Below are positions 1 to 11,220 of a DNA stretch of 64,000 nt, one piece after another. Position numbers and translations under genes: made by a program. Under the pieces are notes generated by a model. It did not search any database. It saw only the letters and a program-made list of their open reading frames with translations, and had not been told where the DNA came from. Position 1 is the stretch's first letter, and each line of letters opens with the position of its first letter. Source of the stretch: Nitrospirota bacterium (GTDB lineage: Bacteria; Nitrospirota; UBA9217); NCBI GenBank assembly GCA_963741205.1, contig CAVUHW010000018.1, positions 132,184-196,183 on the forward strand, read 5' to 3'.

Positions 1-1253
1 GCCTCGTACAGCGCCTCCTGCACCTGGGTTTCATGCAGATGATACCGGCGAAGCTCCTTTGCCTCTGCGAGGTAGGTCAACGACTCCTGCGGGAAAAACC
101 ATTGCCAGATGAAAGCCTTGGCCGCGTTACAGTATTTTTTATCAAGCGAGTCGTCGAGGAACACGCCTGCATAGCCCGCTAACAGGTCCTCGTCATGAAG
201 TTTTTTCACCGCTTCAATCTGCGCCAGCAAATTCTCCATCAGCGTCTGCGGAATAGGCACGGTGCGGACCTTATTGCCCTTTCCCCGTATGGTCAGCACC
301 CCCTCATCGAAATTGAAATCCTGCACGCGCAGCTTTATCCCTTCGAAAAGCCGCAGGCCGCACCCATACAGGAGCTTAACGAGCAACGAGAACGGATGGC
401 CCAGGTGCGCAAGCACCGCGTCGATCTCCTGCCGGGAAAGGACGATCGGGATGTAGTTCGATTTCTTCGCGCGCGGGGTGTCCTTGTGATCGCCGAAGTC
501 CTTTTTCAGAATATGCCGGAACAGAAAGAGCAGCGCATTGAACGCCTGGTTCTGGGTCGACGCCGATACCTTGCATTTCACCGCAAGGTAGGTAAGGTAT
601 GCCTTCACATCCTCCGCCGACAATTCGACAGGCGGCTTATTTTTCAAATAGCTTTGAAACTTACGGATCCAGTCGGCATAGGTCTTGAGCGTTTTCCTCG
701 AATAGTGCCTCGTCGTTATCTCGGCTTCCAGCCGATCGATAGCCGCGTCCCACTCCGGGGAGCCGGACCTTTCCAGACACCGCCACTCGTTATACCGTTT
801 TCCGCCCCGCATTCCGGTCGCCTCTCTCGCGCCTGCACGCGCAACGAGCGGACTGAGAGCGGAATTTTGTGCGGTAACCGCCCGGGGAGGTGCGGCACCG
901 ACCAGTGCCGCGCCCGGCTTTTTGCTCTTTGTCCGGCGAACTTGAGGCGAGTTAGACGCCAGCGCCTCGGCAACGACCGAAGCGGTCGGTTTCTTCCTCG
1001 GGTCCAAGGCGAAATAGAGCGATATCGCATGAGCTGCCTGCTCCTGTTGTTTTTTCGACTCCTTCTTCGACCGCAGTTTTTCGATGAACAGGCGCACCTG
1101 CTCGGACCTGGCATCCGGGGGAGGATATTTAGCGCGGAAATCGAGGTAATACATGAGCCACTTCCGGTAATCGGCGCGAAGCGGGCGGGGAATGGACTTT
1201 TCCTCCATAATAGCGTCGAATGGCCTCAGGATATCGTCTGGAATGGGGAGCAT
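1..1253 (-). CDS. intI: Integron integrase (tyrosine recombinase) with extended N-terminus; 3' end runs off the window
   Basis: Manual translation from ATG 1253 (MLPIPDDILRPF...). Motifs ASTQNQAFNALLFLFRH, LLYGCGLRLFEG and RGKGNKVRT, plus the integron-specific insertion WQWFFP...RRYHLHETQVQ. Missing from the ORF track because it has no stop in the window. Confidence 0.93.
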   Translation of the reverse strand, partial: MLPIPDDILRPFDAIMEEKSIPRPLRADYRKWLMYYLDFRAKYPPPDARSEQVRLFIEKLRSKKESKKQQEQAAHAISLYFALDPRKKPTASVVAEALASNSPQVRRTKSKKPGAALVGAAPPRAVTAQNSALSPLVARAGAREATGMRGGKRYNEWRCLERSGSPEWDAAIDRLEAEITTRHYSRKTLKTYADWIRKFQSYLKNKPPVELSAEDVKAYLTYLAVKCKVSASTQNQAFNALLFLFRHILKKDFGDHKDTPRAKKSNYIPIVLSRQEIDAVLAHLGHPFSLLVKLLYGCGLRLFEGIKLRVQDFNFDEGVLTIRGKGNKVRTVPIPQTLMENLLAQIEAVKKLHDEDLLAGYAGVFLDDSLDKKYCNAAKAFIWQWFFPQESLTYLAEAKELRRYHLHETQVQEALYE

Positions 1254-1388
1254 GAGAAGCAATCCTTCCAAGAATTGTCGGATTTGAATATTAGTTTAAT
1301 AATTATTAATTTGTCCGTATTGTAATATTCGTCAGGTTGCTGATTGTAATGATTTCAGCAGTTTTAGTCAAGTTTTATCTCATTCATA

Positions 1389-1418
1389 TTGACCAATTCA
1401 TGGAATCTATGCTACTGT
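1389..1418 (+). promoter_or_regulatory. Candidate cassette promoter (Pc)
   Basis: TTGACC-N18-TACTGT with TG extended -10, immediately upstream of attI and facing the cassettes. Confidence 0.4.
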
Positions 1419-1423
1419 AGCTC

Positions 1424-1446
1424 GTCCCTAGAATAACTTGTTAAAT
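1424..1446 (+). mobile_element. attI recombination site
   Basis: GTCCCTAGAATAACTT-GTTAAAT. GTTRRRY core at 1440-1446, resembling the attI1 core CCCTAAAACAAAGTT; RBS and first cassette ATG follow. Confidence 0.65.
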
Positions 1447-1467
1447 ACAAAAGGAGGCTGCAGACTG

Positions 1468-2141
1468 ATGATTGAAAAGAAAGTGGTGACTTGGATTATG
1501 TTGCTCATTTTTCTTGTCATGCCTTGTTATAGCTGCAGCAAGAATCGTAGCGAGAATATAAATACAGAAAAGCAGGTATATACTGACTTATGATTCCAAT
1601 GGATGTCTTCAATCAAACAACAGTGAAGCATCTGCAAACTATACGAATGCCGACAACAAATCTTCAACATTGATTTGGAACTGCGGAAATTATGGCGAGT
1701 ATTCTCGAAAACGGATTGAATTGCTATCAATCAGTAGTGATGGGGGGCAGTGCTATAGAGCACCTGCAATGGTTTTCGTTTCTGATGGGATCTGCGATTC
1801 AGCAGCTACCTCTCTTGACAACATACAACTTCGGTGCAGCAATTACGGATTTTCAGGTTATGGTAAACGGCATTTTAACGGTAGATTTCAAAGGAACATT
1901 CGCGAATACCGGCAACGTTGACTTTCTCGGCCTCATTTATGAAATCTCGCCAGGCGTTACCCCTGGCGGTTATGGCATGTGGTTTAGTCTGCCGGTCGGC
2001 GGAACATACGATACAACCGGGGGGAGCTATGGGATGTCCCCACGCATACCAGCCGGAACTTATGTGGCGACATTGATTCTTAAAATATGGGATGGGACAG
2101 TAATTTCAACACAAACTGCAACATACACAATTAGCGATTAA
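1468..2141 (+). CDS. Integron cassette 1: hypothetical secreted/lipoprotein (two frameshifts)
   Basis: AGGAGG RBS, signal-like MIEKKVVTWIMLLIFLVMPCYSC; continues in ORFs 1670-1921 and 1692-2141; AT-rich. Confidence 0.55.
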
Positions 2142-2181
2142 ACCTCTCGTTTATATTATGCGATACATGACCCAGATGCAT

Positions 2182-2237
2182 TTTTAACCTGCCGGTCCAC
2201 ATCGACTCGCCTTGCGGCGATTGTCTACACGTTGGGC
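2182..2237 (+). mobile_element. attC site 1 (degenerate)
   Basis: TTTTAAC ... imperfect palindrome (TCGCC-TTGC-GGCGA) ... GTTGGGC, 56 bp, downstream of the cassette stop. Confidence 0.65.
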
Positions 2238-2264
2238 AGTAAAAGACCATTAAAGGAGGAAGCA

Positions 2265-2942
2265 ATGAGTCGTCTTTTACTCTTGCTGGTTTCCCTGTTA
2301 CTTCTGAGTGCTTTAGGTTGTGGCAGGAGTCAGGATCAAAATTTTAAAATCGTACCACTGAACCAACAGTTCGCCCTTCAAGTCAACGAAGAGGCTCGTA
2401 TTCCGGATGAAGGATTAGCACTTTTGTTACGACCAGTAAATGAGGATTCTCGTTGCCCGGAAGGCGCAGTCTGTGTTGCTGCCGGAAATGCTAAAGTGCT
2501 AGTAGACATTACAAAGACAGATCAGCCCACTGCGACCATCGAACTCAATACCAATCCTCTGGATGGGCCAGCAGACAGGACATATCTGGCGTACACAGTG
2601 AAGCTGATTTCACTTTCCAGCAGTTCAAATCCTAATAATTATATAGCCAGTTTATCGATCACCAAAAACGATGTGGTAAGGGTTGAACCTGGAGGCAGTA
2701 TCTACGGTACCGTATTGTTCCAAGGCGTAGGACTCGCGGACGTTGCCTTGTCGTTAAATTCTGGTCCAACATTAACCACTGATCCGAATGGCAAGTACAG
2801 TTTGGGTATGGTGCCTCAAGGAACGTACACAATTACTCCTAGTAAATCGGGGTATTTGTTCACCCCTAATAGTGCTACGGTCACAATAGTGAATTACAGC
2901 GACGCGAAAGAAGTCGATTTCACGGCGTCCACGGCATTGTAG
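2265..2942 (+). CDS. Integron cassette 2: lipoprotein with DSRCP..VC domain and carboxypeptidase-regulatory-like domain
   Basis: RBS AGGAGG, lipobox SALGC, EDSRCPEGAVCV, C-terminal TTDPNGKYS...GTYTITPSKSGYLFTP. Confidence 0.75.
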   Translation: MSRLLLLLVSLLLLSALGCGRSQDQNFKIVPLNQQFALQVNEEARIPDEGLALLLRPVNEDSRCPEGAVCVAAGNAKVLVDITKTDQPTATIELNTNPLDGPADRTYLAYTVKLISLSSSSNPNNYIASLSITKNDVVRVEPGGSIYGTVLFQGVGLADVALSLNSGPTLTTDPNGKYSLGMVPQGTYTITPSKSGYLFTPNSATVTIVNYSDAKEVDFTASTAL

Positions 2943-2961
2943 CAATCAAATATAGTAGTAA

Positions 2962-3017
2962 ACCTATCCAGTCGTCCCACGCCGACCGCTTCGCGGCGTG
3001 TGAACTCATCGTTTTAT
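2962..3017 (+). mobile_element. attC site 2 (degenerate)
   Basis: ACCTATC-CAGTCGTCCCACGCCGA-CCGCTTCGCGG-CGTGTGAACTCATC-GTTTTAT; central hairpin and terminal GTT, mutated R'' box. Confidence 0.6.
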
Positions 3018-3067
3018 CTACCAGACGCAGAAACAAAGCGCACCCGCTGATCCAAATCGAGAGAGAA

Positions 3068-3250
3068 ATGAAAAGACTTCTGATTTTGTTTGCCTTGCTT
3101 ATCCTTGTCTTTGCTGCCCGTTATGTAGTCGACTACCAAACTGGCCATCAAACGAAAAATATTTTAATACCATTTGATCTAGAAAAAGAGAAACAAGCAG
3201 TAGAAGTTGATAAAGGGCATCAACCTCGAAGAATGGAATTAGTTGAGTAG
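3068..3250 (+). CDS. Small hypothetical cassette protein with N-terminal hydrophobic segment
   Basis: ORF MKRLLILFALLILVFAA... directly after attC2. Confidence 0.4.
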   Translation: MKRLLILFALLILVFAARYVVDYQTGHQTKNILIPFDLEKEKQAVEVDKGHQPRRMELVE

Positions 3251-3279
3251 CTCATGATGGAGTTATTTAATAATCGATA

Positions 3280-3583
3280 GTAAGATGCGATGGAAAAATG
3301 CAAGTTTCCCTATAAAAAACAATCCTGAAGTTATTTTAGCAGTGTACGTACCATCTTGGAATATTTGGGTGAAGTTACTATTGCGCCGGTAACTTCAACA
3401 ATAAGAGATATTCCTAGTGAAGTGCTTTTGTCCCGCCGTGACGGCATGAATAATGATTGCGCCATTAACTGTGACCACATCCAAACAGTATCAAAATCAA
3501 ACATCGGCGCAATGATCACATCCTTGTCAAAAGAAAAGCTAATTGATATTCGTGATGCCATCACATTTGCATTGAATCTTTGA
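3280..3583 (+). pseudogene. PemK/MazF-family toxin, 5' part disrupted
   Basis: LEYLGEVTIAPVTSTIRDIPSEV...CAINCDHIQTVSK is typical of PemK; the expected N-terminus is not readable in frame. Confidence 0.75.
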
Positions 3584-3603
3584 TTGTGCGTATCTAGGAC
3601 TGA

Positions 3604-3663
3604 TTCCAGCCAGCGGCTTGCACACCGACCCGCCTCCGTCGGCAGGTCAGCCGCGCGTTCGTA
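3604..3663 (+). mobile_element. attC site 3 (degenerate)
   Basis: GCGGCT...CCGAC-loop-GTCGG...AGCCGC inverted repeat followed by GTT at 3657. Confidence 0.55.
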
Positions 3664-3753
3664 AAGACAGGGATATTATCCTATTCGCATCGCTTCACTC
3701 GCTCCAGAATTCGAGATTGACGTCGCCCCGCCCATTGCGATACAATCGGGGCC

Positions 3754-3957
3754 ATGATTGAACTTATCAGCTTTCTCCTGGGTTTGGGGTTCAGCATTCT
3801 TGTCTATGTCCTCTCGATCAGACCCCTCGACCTTTCCCTCTCGCGGAAAGCGGTCTATTTCTTTTTTACGCTGATCGGGATCACGGGAACGCTATTTCTC
3901 TCCGGGGTCCTGATCGCCCATTTTTTGCGCAAGCTCGGCATTATCCCTCAAAATTGA
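3754..3957 (+). CDS. Small two-TM membrane protein
   Basis: 67-aa ORF with two hydrophobic helices. Confidence 0.55.
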   Translation: MIELISFLLGLGFSILVYVLSIRPLDLSLSRKAVYFFFTLIGITGTLFLSGVLIAHFLRKLGIIPQN

Positions 3958-4045
3958 CTCAAGAAGAAAACAAAGACCCGATAATAAAAGAAGCAGGCGG
4001 CAATTGCTGGCCCTGAATATCGGAGGTAATAAGCCATCAGGTCGC

Positions 4046-4078
4046 AAAAAAGGCGTGCTCACGAGCACGCCTTTTTTT
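4046..4078. terminator. Bidirectional intrinsic terminator
   Basis: AAAAAAGGCGTGCTC-AC-GAGCACGCCTTTTTTT between convergent genes. Confidence 0.9.
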
Positions 4079-4085
4079 ATGCCGA

Positions 4086-5535
4086 TCAGAAAGTCACTTG
4101 TCAGGACCGTGCTGCCCGTGATCGTACCGGACGTCGCGGTGATCGTCGTCGTTCCTGCTGACCCTTGCATGCTTGCGGACCCTTTGGCTAGCCCGGCATC
4201 AGATATGGTCGCAACGGCCGTGTTCGACGACCGCCAGGTCGCCGAGGATGTCACGTTCGTGCGTGGTGCCGTCCGAGCTCAATCCCACCGCCTTAAACTG
4301 CTGCACAACCGAAACCGCGAGGCTTATGATCGGATTGGACGGCGTTATTGTTATCGCCACCAGCGCCGGCGCGGTAACCGTCAACGTGGCGCGGTTTGAC
4401 GTGACGCCGGAGAGGGACGCTGTAATAGTCGTTGTTCCCTGCGCAAGAGTGCTGACCAATCCCTCTCGTTCCCGTCCCGTTGCTCACGGTCGCGACTTGC
4501 GTGTTTGACGACGCCCAGGCAGCCGCGGCAGTGACATCCTGCGTACGTGCCGTCGGATAATAAGCCGGTGGCCGTAATATTGCTGCTTACTCCCCGCCGC
4601 GACGCTCGTCGTGGTCGGCGCGACCGAGATCGAACTCAGCGTAACCGGCGTTACGGTCAGCGCGGCAGGGGGATGGAGGTGACCGTGCCGAACGAGGCCA
4701 GGATGTTCGTAGTCCCGGTGCCCCTGGATTCCGCCAGCCCGAACGAGCCCGCGGTATTTCCGACGGTCGCGACCGAGGGGGACGAGGAACTCCAAAGCGC
4801 GAAGGTCGTGAGGTTCTGGGTAATTCCGCCGGTAAGCGTCCCAATGGCGGTAAACTGCCGCGAGGTTCCGAGCGCAATGCTCGCGCTTGCCGGAGTAACA
4901 GCTATCGATGTCACGGCGGCGGACGTGAGCGACGTAGTCCCCGTGACCGTATCCCGGGCTGCAGTGATAATTATCGAACCCGTTGGCGAAGACACCGTGC
5001 TCGCCAGGCCGGTGCCTGAGATGGTCGCTATCGCCGCATCCGACGAACTCCAGGTCACGAACGCGGTCAGGTCCTGCGTAGCGCCGTTTTGAAGCGTACC
5101 AATGGTGGTAAATTGCTGCGAGGTCCCGCCCGCGATAGTCTGGTCGGCCGGCGCCACCGAGAGGGACTGAAGAGGAGAAAGAGTCAGGACTGTTGATCCT
5201 GAAACTGTTCCGGACCTTGCCGTTATGGTCGTCGACGCTGCTCCCGTGTTGGCCGCCGTTACCAGTCCCGTGCCGCTCACCGTGGCAACGGCGGGGTCGG
5301 CGGACTCCCAGGTTACGGCGCTCGTCAGGTTCGACACGGAGTTATCGTCATAATTCCCGATAGCTTGAAGCTGAAGCGTCGTTCCCGGAACCATTCCAGG
5401 CGCGGACGGCTGCAGAGCAATGGAGACCAGCGTAGCAGGAACGGGCGGCGGCACTTCTTCTACCTTCTTGCAGCCCGATGCCATAAACAGAGCGAACGCC
5501 AGTGCGAATATTCCTGTTGTCATTCCCTTCTTCAT
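4086..5535 (-). CDS. Lipoprotein with tandem bacterial Ig-like (Big_2) repeats (frameshifted)
   Basis: Lipobox MASGC; about five repeats of SIAVTP...QFTAIG...DLT..VTWSSS..AVAT(I/V)S..GLA across ORFs 4657-5697, 4484-4795, 4199-4459 and 3892-4254. Confidence 0.85.
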
Positions 5536-5683
5536 ACTCTCTACCCCTTCCTTGAGGACTGGACTTTTTTCGTTTCCCTGCCTTTTGTTTGATTTTATCA
5601 CTTTTTTTGCGAAACCGGACACCGGAGTGCAGTCGTTGAGGTAAACTTGGAGTATTATCTCTCTACGACAAGGAGGGGAACCG

Positions 5684-6280
5684 ATGGCAATGTACAATGG
5701 AGTGAATCACCTGGCCATGGCCACGAACAACATGGACGAGACCATCCGCTTCTGGCGGGACCTTCTCGGGATGCGGCTCATTGCCGGTCTGGGGCAGCCG
5801 GGGTACCGGCATTACTTTTTCGAGATATCCTCGAGGGACATGATCGCCTTTTTCGAGTGGCCGGCAATCGAACCTGTCGTGGAAAAAGAACACGGCAGGC
5901 CCACGCGGGGACCGTTCATCTTCGACCACGTCTCCTTCGGCGTCGAGACCGAGGACGACCTCTGGCTGCTCAAGGACAGGATCAACGCGGCGGGCATCTG
6001 GGTGTCGGAGGTCATCGACCACGGCTTCATCCATTCGATCTACTCCTACGATCCGAACGGCATTCCCATCGAATTCAGCTACCATGTCGCCGGCATAGAT
6101 GTGCGGGAGAACCCCCTCATGGCCGACCGCAAGCCTCCCGCAGCCGCGCAAGAAGGCTCGGAGCCGCTCTTCGAGAAGTGGCCGCGGGTTGCAAGGCCGA
6201 CGCCTCAAAGCGAACGCAGGGTCTACCCGGGCGCGGGTAGCGAGTTATTTCATGGGAAGAGGAAGTCGCAGAAGCCCTAG
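5684..6280 (+). CDS. VOC/glyoxalase family protein
   Basis: GVNHLAM...FWRDLLG, FDHVSF, SIYSYDPNGIPIEF. Confidence 0.9.
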   Translation: MAMYNGVNHLAMATNNMDETIRFWRDLLGMRLIAGLGQPGYRHYFFEISSRDMIAFFEWPAIEPVVEKEHGRPTRGPFIFDHVSFGVETEDDLWLLKDRINAAGIWVSEVIDHGFIHSIYSYDPNGIPIEFSYHVAGIDVRENPLMADRKPPAAAQEGSEPLFEKWPRVARPTPQSERRVYPGAGSELFHGKRKSQKP

Positions 6281-6612
6281 CCCTTCTCCTCAATTTCATA
6301 AAGCGGCTCACGGATCGACTCTCCCTTGCAGATCGGGCATTTTCCCGGCCTCTTGAATTTCTCGCGCTTTGCAAATACAAATCCGCACTTCTTGCATTCC
6401 GCGGGCGTGATGACCAGATGCTGCCCGGACAGGGCAATCGACTTCCGGATGTGCTCGAGATGATTATACACGTCCCGTTCGGATATCCCGGCAGCTGCCG
6501 AGAGGTCCCTTGCGGAGGACGCCCCTTGCAGCAGTTCGGCGACAATCGCGTGTCTAACCGTGTCGTGCGTTTCAGGGGGAGTGGCCGGCTCGCGTGGTTT
6601 TTCTTTCATCAT
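6277..6612 (-). CDS. HTH transcriptional regulator fused to Zn ribbon (COG3357-like)
   Basis: HTH (ARDLSAAAGISERDVYNHLEHI) plus CKKCGF...CPICK. Confidence 0.85.
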   Translation of the reverse strand: MMKEKPREPATPPETHDTVRHAIVAELLQGASSARDLSAAAGISERDVYNHLEHIRKSIALSGQHLVITPAECKKCGFVFAKREKFKRPGKCPICKGESIREPLYEIEEKG

Positions 6613-6785
6613 GCCCTCTTGAAAGCATTATATCGTTAACGGGAATAAACGCAAGAGGAGGGTACCCGGGTCGCTGCGGAAAAAAAATTTCCTTATTGCT
6701 ACGGACCTGTGTATAATGCTCGCGGTAAAAAAGGGCACTGGCAGTAAAAGGTGCGCCGCGAGCCCTTTCCCCCGGTCAAGGACCC

Positions 6786-7715
6786 ATGGAATCTACGAAA
6801 AAAAAGAAACTCTTCCTTGTTGCAGTTAAGATACTGATAAGCGCCCTCCTCCTCGCGGTCATCTTCAGAAAGGCCGGGCTGGCGAGCATTTTTTCCTCGC
6901 TCCGGTCAATGGACCTGCGGTACTTCCTTGCCTCCTCGCTTCTCTATCTCCTGACCACCTACCTCGCCGCTCTCAGGTGGGGCCTGTTGCTCGATGAAAG
7001 GCATCCTTCGGGAAAATTGTTTTCGCTCTATCTCATCGGCTGCTTTTTCAACAATATTCTTCCCGGCGCCGTCGGCGGCGACGCAGTAAAGATCTATTAC
7101 CTGTATAAGGAAACGCGCAAGGGCGGGAGCAGTTTCGGGTCCGTTTTCCTGGACCGGTACATTGGCCTCGTCGGGCTGCTCTCCATCGGGCTCATTTCAG
7201 GATTGTTCGCCTTTCGCGACCTCGAAGCGATCCATATGCAGTGGGTCATACCGGTATTGTTCGCGGTCTTTACGGTGGCCAGCCTCCTCGTGTTCGGATT
7301 GAGGATCGGCAGGCGTTTTGCGGTCATCAATAACTTCTACGAATATGTTCATAAATACCGGAGACAGAAGGGCACTCTTCTCAAGGCGTATTTCCTGTCT
7401 CTTATCATCCAGACCCTTTCTATCGGATTGATTTACTTGGCCTCTCGGGGCCTCGGTCAACGGCTGACGTTTACGGCCCTTTTCGTTTTCGTGCCCATCA
7501 TCTTCACGGTCACCACGGTGCCGATATCCATTGCCGGGCTGGGTGTCAGGGAAAGTGCCTTCGCACTTCTGTTCGGGCTTGTCGGCGTGCCTACGCAAAA
7601 GAGTGTGGCCATCTCATTCATGTGGTTTCTCTCAGTCGCGGCGGCATCGCTCACCGGGCTCGTCGAGTACCTTCGTTTTAAAAATACGAGGACCGGCGAT
7701 GCGGGCGATACCTGA
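6786..7715 (+). CDS. Lysylphosphatidylglycerol synthase TM / flippase-like membrane protein
   Basis: RW...FFNNILPGAVGGDAVK...LDRYIG...PISIAGLGVRE. Confidence 0.85.
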   Translation: MESTKKKKLFLVAVKILISALLLAVIFRKAGLASIFSSLRSMDLRYFLASSLLYLLTTYLAALRWGLLLDERHPSGKLFSLYLIGCFFNNILPGAVGGDAVKIYYLYKETRKGGSSFGSVFLDRYIGLVGLLSIGLISGLFAFRDLEAIHMQWVIPVLFAVFTVASLLVFGLRIGRRFAVINNFYEYVHKYRRQKGTLLKAYFLSLIIQTLSIGLIYLASRGLGQRLTFTALFVFVPIIFTVTTVPISIAGLGVRESAFALLFGLVGVPTQKSVAISFMWFLSVAAASLTGLVEYLRFKNTRTGDAGDT

Positions 7716-7857
7716 TCTCAACCATTATTCTAGGGCATTTTCCTTCGTAACTTGACATGTTCGCGCGAATTGCTTTGCTACGCCCGCAATTTACCTGCAT
7801 CTCCCCCAATACGATGTCATACAGTGTGGATTTTCGCGGAAATTTTCCGGGGGGCGG

Positions 7858-8595
7858 CTACAATTTGCCTGCTCGCTCCACCATTTTGCCGGCGAGGTAG
7901 AAGAACAGCGCGGTGTATGCCGCTAGCGCCAGCACGGAACCCGTTGACAGGTCGCCTCCGGAAGCGAGCGCCCGAAGCACGAGGCTGGCGTGCGTGAGCG
8001 GGTAGACCAGGATCAGACTTTTGAACGGCTCGGGCATCCGGTCGGGAGAAAAAAACGTGCCGGCCAGGAACGACATGGGTACGATGAAGAAGCTGTTGAA
8101 GTTCGACATGTCCTCGTGTGAATGGGCGATCATGGCCACGGCCACGCCGGCGGCCCCGAAGCAGAACGCAGTGAGCGCCAGGATGATAAAAAAATTGACG
8201 GTCATCTGCAGGTGCACTCCCGAAACGAACCCGACGATGAGGAGCATGAACGCCGAAAACATGCCGCGCACCAGTCCGGTGAGGGTCCTGCCGAGCGTGA
8301 TGTCCCAGGGGGAGACCGGAGAGACGAGTACTTCCTCGATCGTTTTGGTGTAGAGTTTGCTGATGTTGAGCGATGTCGATACGGGCCCGAAACTGTTGTT
8401 CATGGCGGACAAGGCGAGGATCCCGGGCAGCACGAACTCAAGGTAGGACCCGCCTCCCACGTTCATCCCCCGTCCGAGCCCCCATCCGAAGGTCACAAGG
8501 TAGAGCACCGGCATGACCAGGGAGGACGCGAGGAAGCGCCAGGGCTTCTTGCGGACCAGGAGCATTTCTTTCCAGAAAATGGGATAGAAGTTCAT
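7858..8595 (-). CDS. ABC-2 type transporter permease
   Basis: YLEFVLPGILA, EEVLVSPVS, PMSFLAGTFFS, PLTHA. Confidence 0.9.
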   Translation of the reverse strand: MNFYPIFWKEMLLVRKKPWRFLASSLVMPVLYLVTFGWGLGRGMNVGGGSYLEFVLPGILALSAMNNSFGPVSTSLNISKLYTKTIEEVLVSPVSPWDITLGRTLTGLVRGMFSAFMLLIVGFVSGVHLQMTVNFFIILALTAFCFGAAGVAVAMIAHSHEDMSNFNSFFIVPMSFLAGTFFSPDRMPEPFKSLILVYPLTHASLVLRALASGGDLSTGSVLALAAYTALFFYLAGKMVERAGKL

Positions 8596-8710
8596 AGATA
8601 ATTGCCGAACAAGATCAGAAGTACAGACGACAGAATAAGACACAGAGAATTAAGTTACGCTTCGCACTGTCTTCTGACTTCTGTACTTCTGAATTCTGTA
8701 CTCTGCTTCA

Positions 8711-9553
8711 TCATCCTTCTATCCTCTCCCCCGTCAGACTGATGAACACATCTTCCAGCGTGACATCGCGGACCACGAGGTCCGCAGCACAGGTCGCGGC
8801 CGGCCTCGAGCGCCTCTTCCCTGGTCTGGAAAAACTGCCGCGGGATGTCATATCTTCCGAGACACTCGACCGCATACTTGCCGACTCCGGCCTTGAGAAC
8901 GTCGCGGGCGCGTCCAGTGCGATGATCTTCCCCGCCCGCATGATGGCCACCCGGTCGCAGAGCGCATCGGCCTCCTCGATGTAGTGCGTCGTCAGCAGGA
9001 TCGTGATGCCGCTCCGCTTCAGGGATTCGATGAGCCCCCAGATCATCCTCCGCGCCTGAGGATCGAGCCCCACCGTCGGCTCGTCCATGAACATGACGGC
9101 TGGCCGGTGCATGAGGCCGCGCGCGATCAGGAGTCTTCTGCGCATCCCGCCCGAGAGATGTTCGACAGGCGTGTCCTTCTTCTCCCAGAGTCCGACAAAG
9201 CGAAGGAGCTCCTCGGTCCGCGTTCGGCGGTCGTCGGGCTTCATTTTATGGAGGCGGCCGTGGTATTCAAGGTTCTCGGCGCAGGTCAGGTCGATGTCGA
9301 GGTTCAGCATCTGCGGCACAACGCCGATCGACTGTTTGACGCCCAGGGGGTCGGCCGTCACGTCATGGCCGGCGACGGAGGCCGTGCCGGATGTCGGCGT
9401 CAGCAGCGTCGTCAGCATGCGGATGGTCGTGGTCTTGCCCGCGCCGTTCGGGCCCAGCAGGCCGAAAACCTCGCCTTTGTCGACGCGGAAGTTGACGGAC
9501 TGGACCGCGCCGAGGGCGCCGAAGTATCTGGTGAGGTCGTGCGTTTCGATCAT
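8711..9553 (-). CDS. ABC transporter ATP-binding protein (DrrA/NodI-like)
   Basis: GPNGAGKTT, LSGGM, DEPTVGLDP, TTHY; compensating frameshifts near the C-terminus. Confidence 0.92.
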   Translation of the reverse strand: MIETHDLTRYFGALGAVQSVNFRVDKGEVFGLLGPNGAGKTTTIRMLTTLLTPTSGTASVAGHDVTADPLGVKQSIGVVPQMLNLDIDLTCAENLEYHGRLHKMKPDDRRTRTEELLRFVGLWEKKDTPVEHLSGGMRRRLLIARGLMHRPAVMFMDEPTVGLDPQARRMIWGLIESLKRSGITILLTTHYIEEADALCDRVAIMRAGKIIALDAPATFSRPESASMRSSVSEDMTSRGSFSRPGKRRSRPAATCAADLVVRDVTLEDVFISLTGERIEG

Positions 9554-9680
9554 GAGCGATATGATGCAGGAATGGGTCACGATTGCACGGTAGCCTGCAC
9601 CCATCGTTACGAGTGCGTCTTCCGATCGCGTTCCATGGCAGCCTGAAGCCTCGCGCAATCCGCATCGCACGACACTCGCG

Positions 9681-11067
<1,387 letters not shown>

Positions 11068-11097
11068 GGTTTTCGTATGACCGTCATAACTACCCGC

Positions 11098-11220
11098 CGT
11101 CATCCCCGCCTGCACCCAGCGCCTACGAGTGCATTAGCGCGAATGCAGGGTGAATGATTCTATCGGGGATCCATTTTTTAAACGAAACTGGATTCCCGAT
11201 TAAACATTTCGGGAATGACG
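11098..11220. repeat. REP doublet (YGTCAT...TCCA family) with nested 44-bp element
   Basis: CGTCATCCCCG[11109-11152 insert]AATGATTCTATCGGGGATCCA ... TGGATTCCCGATTAAACATTTCGGGAATGACG. Confidence 0.8.

Noticed and set aside
195-1325. 376-aa plus-strand ORF
   Set aside because: Antisense shadow of the integron integrase
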